Source: Magallana gigas (taxonomy: Eukaryota). From it: 64,000 nucleotides of DNA. This document shows positions 61,201-64,000 of this stretch, in pieces. The stretch lies in the NCBI RefSeq assembly GCF_963853765.1, contig NC_088857.1, positions 56,730,001 through 56,794,000 of the forward strand, given 5' to 3'. The notes under the pieces are model-generated. The model saw only the letters and a list, made by a program, of their open reading frames with translations, was not told where the DNA came from and did not search any database. A program made the position numbers and the translations under genes. Each line of letters opens with the position of its first letter. Positions within the stretch are counted from its first letter, which is position 1.

Positions 61201-64000
61201 GTAGTCTCGCTAGTGGAAGACTCCGTGCTGCCTACTGTGGTGGTGGTTGCGTCTGGCACATTAGTTGAAGAAGTGAGTCCAGAGGTGGATGTGCTAGCCT
61301 CACTTGTAGTACTTTCAGCTGTTGTTGTTGTGGTATCTGCAGCTGTTGTGCTTGTGATTTCAGTAGCGCTCGTGGTACTTTCTTCAGTTGTGGTACTGCT
61401 TTGTGCACCGGTGGTTGTCAGGCCAGCAGTGGTAGTCTCGCTATTGGAAGACTCCGTGCTGCCTACTGTGGTGGTGGTTGCGTCTGGCACAGTAGTTGAA
61501 GAAGTGAGTCCAGAGGTGGATGTGCTAGCCTCACTTGTAGTACTTTCAGCTGTTGTTGTTGTGGTATCTGCAGCTGTTGTGCTTGTGGCCTCAGTAGCGC
61601 TCGTGGTACTTGCTTCAGTTGTGGTACTGCTTTGTGCACCGGTGGTTGTCAGGCCAGTAGTGGTAGTCTCGCTAGTGGAAGACTCCGTGCTGCCTACTGT
61701 GGTGGTGGTTGCGTCTGGCACAGTAGTTGAAGAAGTGAGTCCAGAGGTGGATGTGCTAGCCTCACTTGTAGTAGTTTCAGCTGTTGTTGTTGTGGTAACT
61801 GCAGCTGTTGTGCTTGTGGTTTCAGTAGCGCTCGTGGTACTTGCTTCAGTTGTGGTACTGCTTTGTGCACCGGTGGTTGTCAGGCCAGCAGTGGTAGTCT
61901 CGCTATTGGAAGACTCCGTGCTGCCTACTGTGGTGGTGGTTGCGTCTGGCACAGTTGTTGAAGAAGTGAGTCCAGAGGTGGATGTGCTAGCCTCACTTGT
62001 AGTACTTTCAGCTGTTGTTGTTGTGGTATCTGCAGCTGTTGTGCCTGTGGCCTCAGTAGCGCTCGTGGTACTTGCTTCAGTTGTGGTACTGCTTTGTGCA
62101 CCGGTGGTTGTCAGGCCAGTAGTGGTAGTCTCGCTAGTGGAAGACTCCGTGCTGCCTACTGTGGTGGTGGTTGCGTCTGGCACATTAGTTGAAGAAGTGA
62201 GTCCAGAGGTGGATGTGCTAGCCTCACTTGTAGTACTTTCAGCTGTTGTTGTTGTGGTATCTGCAGCTGTTGTGCCTGTGGCCTCAGTAGCGCTCGTGGT
62301 ACTTGCTTCAGTTGTGGTACTGCTTTGTGCAGCGATGGTTGTCAGGCCAGCAGTGGTAGTCTCGCTAGTGGAAGACTCCGTGCTGCCTACTGTGGTGGTG
62401 GTTGCGTCTGGCACAGTAGTTGAAGAAGTGAGTCCAGAGGTGGATGTGCTAGCCTCACTTGTAGTACTTTCAGCTGTTGTTGTTGTGGTATCTGCAGCTG
62501 TTGTGCTTGTGGTTTCAGTAGCGCTCGTGGTACTTGCTTCAGTTGTGGTACTGCTTTGTGCACCGGTGGTTGTCAGGCCAGCAGTGGTAGTCTCGCTATT
62601 GGAAGACTCCGTGCTGCCTACTGTGGTAGTGGTTGCGTCTGGCACAGTAGTTGAAGAAGTGAGTCCAGAGGTGGATGTGCTAGCCTCACTTGTAGTACTT
62701 TCAGCTGTTGTTGTTGTGGTATCTGCAGCTGTTGTGCTTGTGGCCTCAGTAGCGCTCGTGGTACTTGCTTCAGTTGTGGTACTGCTTTGTGCACCGGTGG
62801 TTGTCAGGCCAGCAGTGGTAGTCTCGCTAGTGGAAGACTCCGTGCTGCCTACTGTGGTGGTGGTTGCGTCTGGCACATTAGTTGAAGAAGTGAGTCCAGA
62901 GGTGGATGTGCTAGCCTCACTTGTAGTAGTTTCAGCTGTTGTTGTTGTGGTATCTGCAGCTGTTGTGCTTGTGGTTTCAGTAGCGCTCGTGGTACTTGCT
63001 TCAGTTGTGGTACTGCTTTGTGCACCGGTGGTTGTCAGGCCAGCAGTGGTAGTCTCGCTAGTGGAAGACTCCGTGCTGCCTACTGTGGTGGTGGTTGCGT
63101 CTGGCACAGTTGTTGAAGAAGTGAGTCCAGAGGTGGATGTGCTAGCCTCACTTGTAGTACTTTCAGCTGTTGTTGTTGTGGTATCTGCAGCTGTTGTGCC
63201 TGTGGCCTCAGTAGCGCTCGTGGTACTTGCTTCAGTTGTGGTACTGCTTTGTGCACCGGTGGTTGTCAGGCCAGTAGTGGTAGTCTCGCTAGTGGAAGAC
63301 TCCGTGCTGCCTACTGTGGTGGTGGTTGCGTCTGGCACATTAGTTGAAGAAGTGAGTCCAGAGGTGGATGTGCTAGCCTCACTTGTAGTACTTTCAGCTG
63401 TTGTTGTTGTGGTATCTGCAGCTGTTGTGCCTGTGGCCTCAGTAGCGCTCGTGGTACTTGCTTCAGTTGTGGTACTGCTTTGTGCAGCGATGGTTGTCAG
63501 GCTAGCAGTGGTAGTCTCGCTAGTGGAAGACTCCGTGCTGCCTACTGTGGTGGTGGTTGCGTCTGGCACAGTAGTTGAAGAAGTGAGTCCAGAGGTGGAT
63601 GTGCTAGCCTCACTTGTAGTACTTTCAGCTGTTGTTGTTGTGGTATCTGCAGCTGTTGTGCTTGTGGTTTCAGTAGCGCTCGTGGTACTTGCTTCAGTTG
63701 TGGTACTGCTTTGTGCACCGGTGGTTGTCAGGCCAGCAGTGGTAGTCTCGCTATTGGAAGACTCCGTGCTGCCTACTGTTGTGGTGGTTGCGTCTGGCAC
63801 AGTAGTTGAAGAAGTGAGTCCAGAGGTGGATGTGCTAGCCTCACTTGTAGTACTTTCAGCTGTTGTTGTTGTGGTATCTGCAGCTGTTGTGCTTGTGGCC
63901 TCAGTAGCGCTCGTGGTACTTGCTTCAGTTGTGGTACTGCTTTGTGCACCGGTGGTTGTCAGGCCAGCAGTGGTAGTCTCGCTAGTGGAAGACTCCGTGC
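15294..64000 (-). CDS. Giant transmembrane mucin (PTS-NIDO-AMOP-VWD-Ig-like-EGFx~17-SEAx2-TM-tail), MUC4/SUSD2-like core; 5' end outside window
   Basis: 44 exons joined by GT-AG sites with matching phases. The 42 exons from 38631 to 15294 total 6104 nt (2 + 2034 codons) and end in TAG at 15294-15296. Adding the 14,907-nt exon and at least 6,147 nt of the last repeat exon gives about 27.2 kb of CDS, about 9,050 aa in the window. Confidence 0.9.
16580..16736 (-). CDS. Mucin transmembrane exon
   Basis: [27 protein letters not shown] followed by the stop-transfer sequence RRRRRARR. Confidence 0.92.
16886..19852 (-). CDS. Mucin SEA-like module 2 plus Cys-rich and linker exons (19740-19852, 19317-19372, 19012-19199, 17094-17163, 16886-16929)
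   Basis: [29 protein letters not shown]|[19 protein letters not shown]| matches the SEA N-terminal motif (F...L.D..S..F). Confidence 0.75.
17164..18480. repeat. Compound minisatellite: 18-bp, 36-bp and 39-bp units
   Basis: tgtaaaataatggatcat x4, then 36-bp units, then about 28 copies of tccctgatagaggtttaatgcatggaagatgatggccca with a 273-bp higher-order duplication. Confidence 0.95.
20013..22585 (-). CDS. Mucin SEA-like module 1 plus Cys-rich exon (22473-22585, 20928-20992, 20777-20791, 20491-20657, 20230-20296, 20013-20023)
   Basis: [25 protein letters not shown]|[22 protein letters not shown]|...[10 protein letters not shown] fits a SEA pattern; phases are continuous. Confidence 0.72.
21215..22472. 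repeat. 17-bp minisatellite with interspersed donor-bearing units
   Basis: aagactggtacactaac arrays broken by ctttgtgtctgacactgagtttacttacag near 21300, 21450, 21755, 22141, 22277 and 22441. Confidence 0.96.
22708..30312 (-). CDS. Mucin EGF / calcium-binding EGF array (14 exons, all phase 1-1)
   Basis: Exons 30148-30312, 29568-29696, 29206-29331, 28876-28998, 28051-28176, 27577-27831, 27217-27342, 25708-25833, 25108-25245, 24515-24637, 23993-24262, 23445-23567, 23066-23191, 22708-22830. They show D[IV][DN]EC...C.NT.G.[FY].C.C..G[FY] consensus motifs. Confidence 0.92.
25225..25570. repeat. Duplicated acceptor region plus 28-bp repeat x7
   Basis: gatccctcacaggggttggaggctaatcaag occurs twice, 92 nt apart; acaaacaatggaacaaattaaacactag units run 25348-25543. 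Confidence 0.88.
26030..27220. repeat. 49-bp minisatellite, about 24 copies
   Basis: Unit ttatacctctcactgatgttcaggtaactaccatgtaataaaaatcttg; the array runs up to the exon donor at 27216. Confidence 0.95.
29937..30155. repeat. Degenerate 25-bp minisatellite, about 8 copies
   Basis: acctccccacacatttattggtgga and variants, ending in the donor of exon 30148-30312. Confidence 0.8.
30678..30901. mobile_element. MITE-like element, TACTGT-type termini
   Basis: 22-bp TIR tactgtaaaccaacttttattt / aaataaaagttggtttaaagta (1 mismatch). Confidence 0.75.
30990..31628 (-). CDS. Mucin Ig/cadherin-like beta-sandwich plus first EGF-like module (exons 31433-31628, 30990-31156)
   Basis: [32 protein letters not shown]...FWAVDMKG...[10 protein letters not shown]...CICHIGWEG. 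Confidence 0.75.
31688..31865. mobile_element. Decayed MITE with poly-G core
   Basis: atgcatagatccagaaaattttt ... G-run ... gatgaacgcatg termini. Confidence 0.5.
32085..33841 (-). CDS. Mucin VWD domain and following Cys-containing linker (exons 33593-33841, 33233-33376, 32571-32774, 32085-32330)
   Basis: [25 protein letters not shown]..., [15 protein letters not shown]..., FGES|WRI...FTPMF...[10 protein letters not shown]. Confidence 0.88.
33990..34251 (-). mobile_element. tRNA-derived SINE
   Basis: Minus-strand head ggagcacatggctcagtggtc with A-box TGGCTCAGTGG (34233-34243) and B-box GGTTCAAAC (34197-34205). The body has a cccagctggaattgggtaccggc segment resembling conserved invertebrate SINE cores. 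The 3' end is approximate. Confidence 0.72.
34506..34802. repeat. 33-bp minisatellite x9 containing exon end plus splice donor
   Basis: Unit gtcagtattcagtacataccactttctggatat; the last unit is the true AMOP-exon donor at 34793. Confidence 0.96.
34794..35471 (-). CDS. Mucin AMOP domain (exons 35212-35471, 34794-35013)
   Basis: ERCHNW...[17 protein letters not shown]...R|KCCYS...[29 protein letters not shown] is AMOP-like. Confidence 0.85.
35666..38214 (-). CDS. Mucin NIDO domain (exons 38081-38214, 36144-36461, 35666-35864)
   Basis: [18 protein letters not shown]...VF|IHTNGYITL...[10 protein letters not shown]...[11 protein letters not shown]...Q|[21 protein letters not shown] matches the NIDO pattern. 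Confidence 0.88.
36006..36098. mobile_element. Short MITE (ggcgtcggaa / ttccgacgcc termini)
   Basis: cataggcgtcggaaccggggg ... gcccccc ... cttccgacgcca. Confidence 0.6.
37799..38037. mobile_element. MITE-like element, TACTGT-type termini with poly-C core
   Basis: tactgtggaatcatt / aatgattccactaagta; same terminal family as 1421-1590. Confidence 0.55.
38365..38631 (-). CDS. Mucin short PTS linker exon ([14 protein letters not shown]...TTPGVTTS...TTLPAA)
   Basis: atgcag|GA acceptor, GCA G|gtcagt donor; 267 nt, phase 1-1. Confidence 0.85.
39254..39403. mobile_element. Foldback element with about 57-bp arms
   Basis: agctgcaggtctg...aaaaaaaatttggatggatgacatcaggtc pairs with gacctgaggttgtccatccaattttttttt...cagacctgcagct. 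Confidence 0.7.
40024..54930 (-). CDS. Mucin PTS exon B: single 14,907-nt exon, about 65 diverged 76-78-aa Thr/Ser repeats
   Basis: Lies within the 5032-aa ORF 39965-55063. Acceptor ataacag|CCGAA at 54931, donor TTA G|gtactt at 40023; phase 1-1. Confidence 0.92.
57854..64000 (-). CDS. Mucin PTS exon A: homogeneous 231-bp / 77-aa tandem repeat (about 26.6 units in window, open past window end)
   Basis: Consensus [77 protein letters not shown]; period 231 nt (e.g. 58711 to 58942). Phase-1 donor GAG T|gtatgt at 57853. Confidence 0.9.

Overview
Eukaryotic, AT-rich, intron-dense genomic DNA. The repeat style and protein similarity suggest an oyster-like bivalve (inference). Two genes lie in tandem on the minus strand. 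(1) ATP6V1H, V-type proton ATPase subunit H: 13 coding exons traced with consistent phases from 5716 down to the stop at 324. The first coding exon is unresolved: a 7-nt ATG-ACA-G exon at 8237-8243 would give about 461 aa, while a 373-nt Ser/Arg-rich exon at 7523-7895 would give about 583 aa. (2) A giant single-pass membrane mucin: 44 exons reconstructed in one continuous frame from beyond 64000 to the stop at 15294, more than 9,000 aa inside the window. Order: two huge Thr/Ser-rich repeat exons (one of 14,907 nt), NIDO, AMOP, VWD with GDPH, an Ig/cadherin-like module, about 17 EGF/cbEGF modules, two SEA modules, TM and a cytoplasmic tail; it includes 11-nt and 15-nt microexons. Introns carry MITE-like foldback elements, a tRNA-derived SINE and many minisatellites. 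About ten of these tandem duplications abut or copy a splice site, some with the adjacent exon edge. No CRISPR, tRNA or rRNA gene is supported. All splice models were derived by hand from GT-AG signals and frame continuity, not from transcript data.
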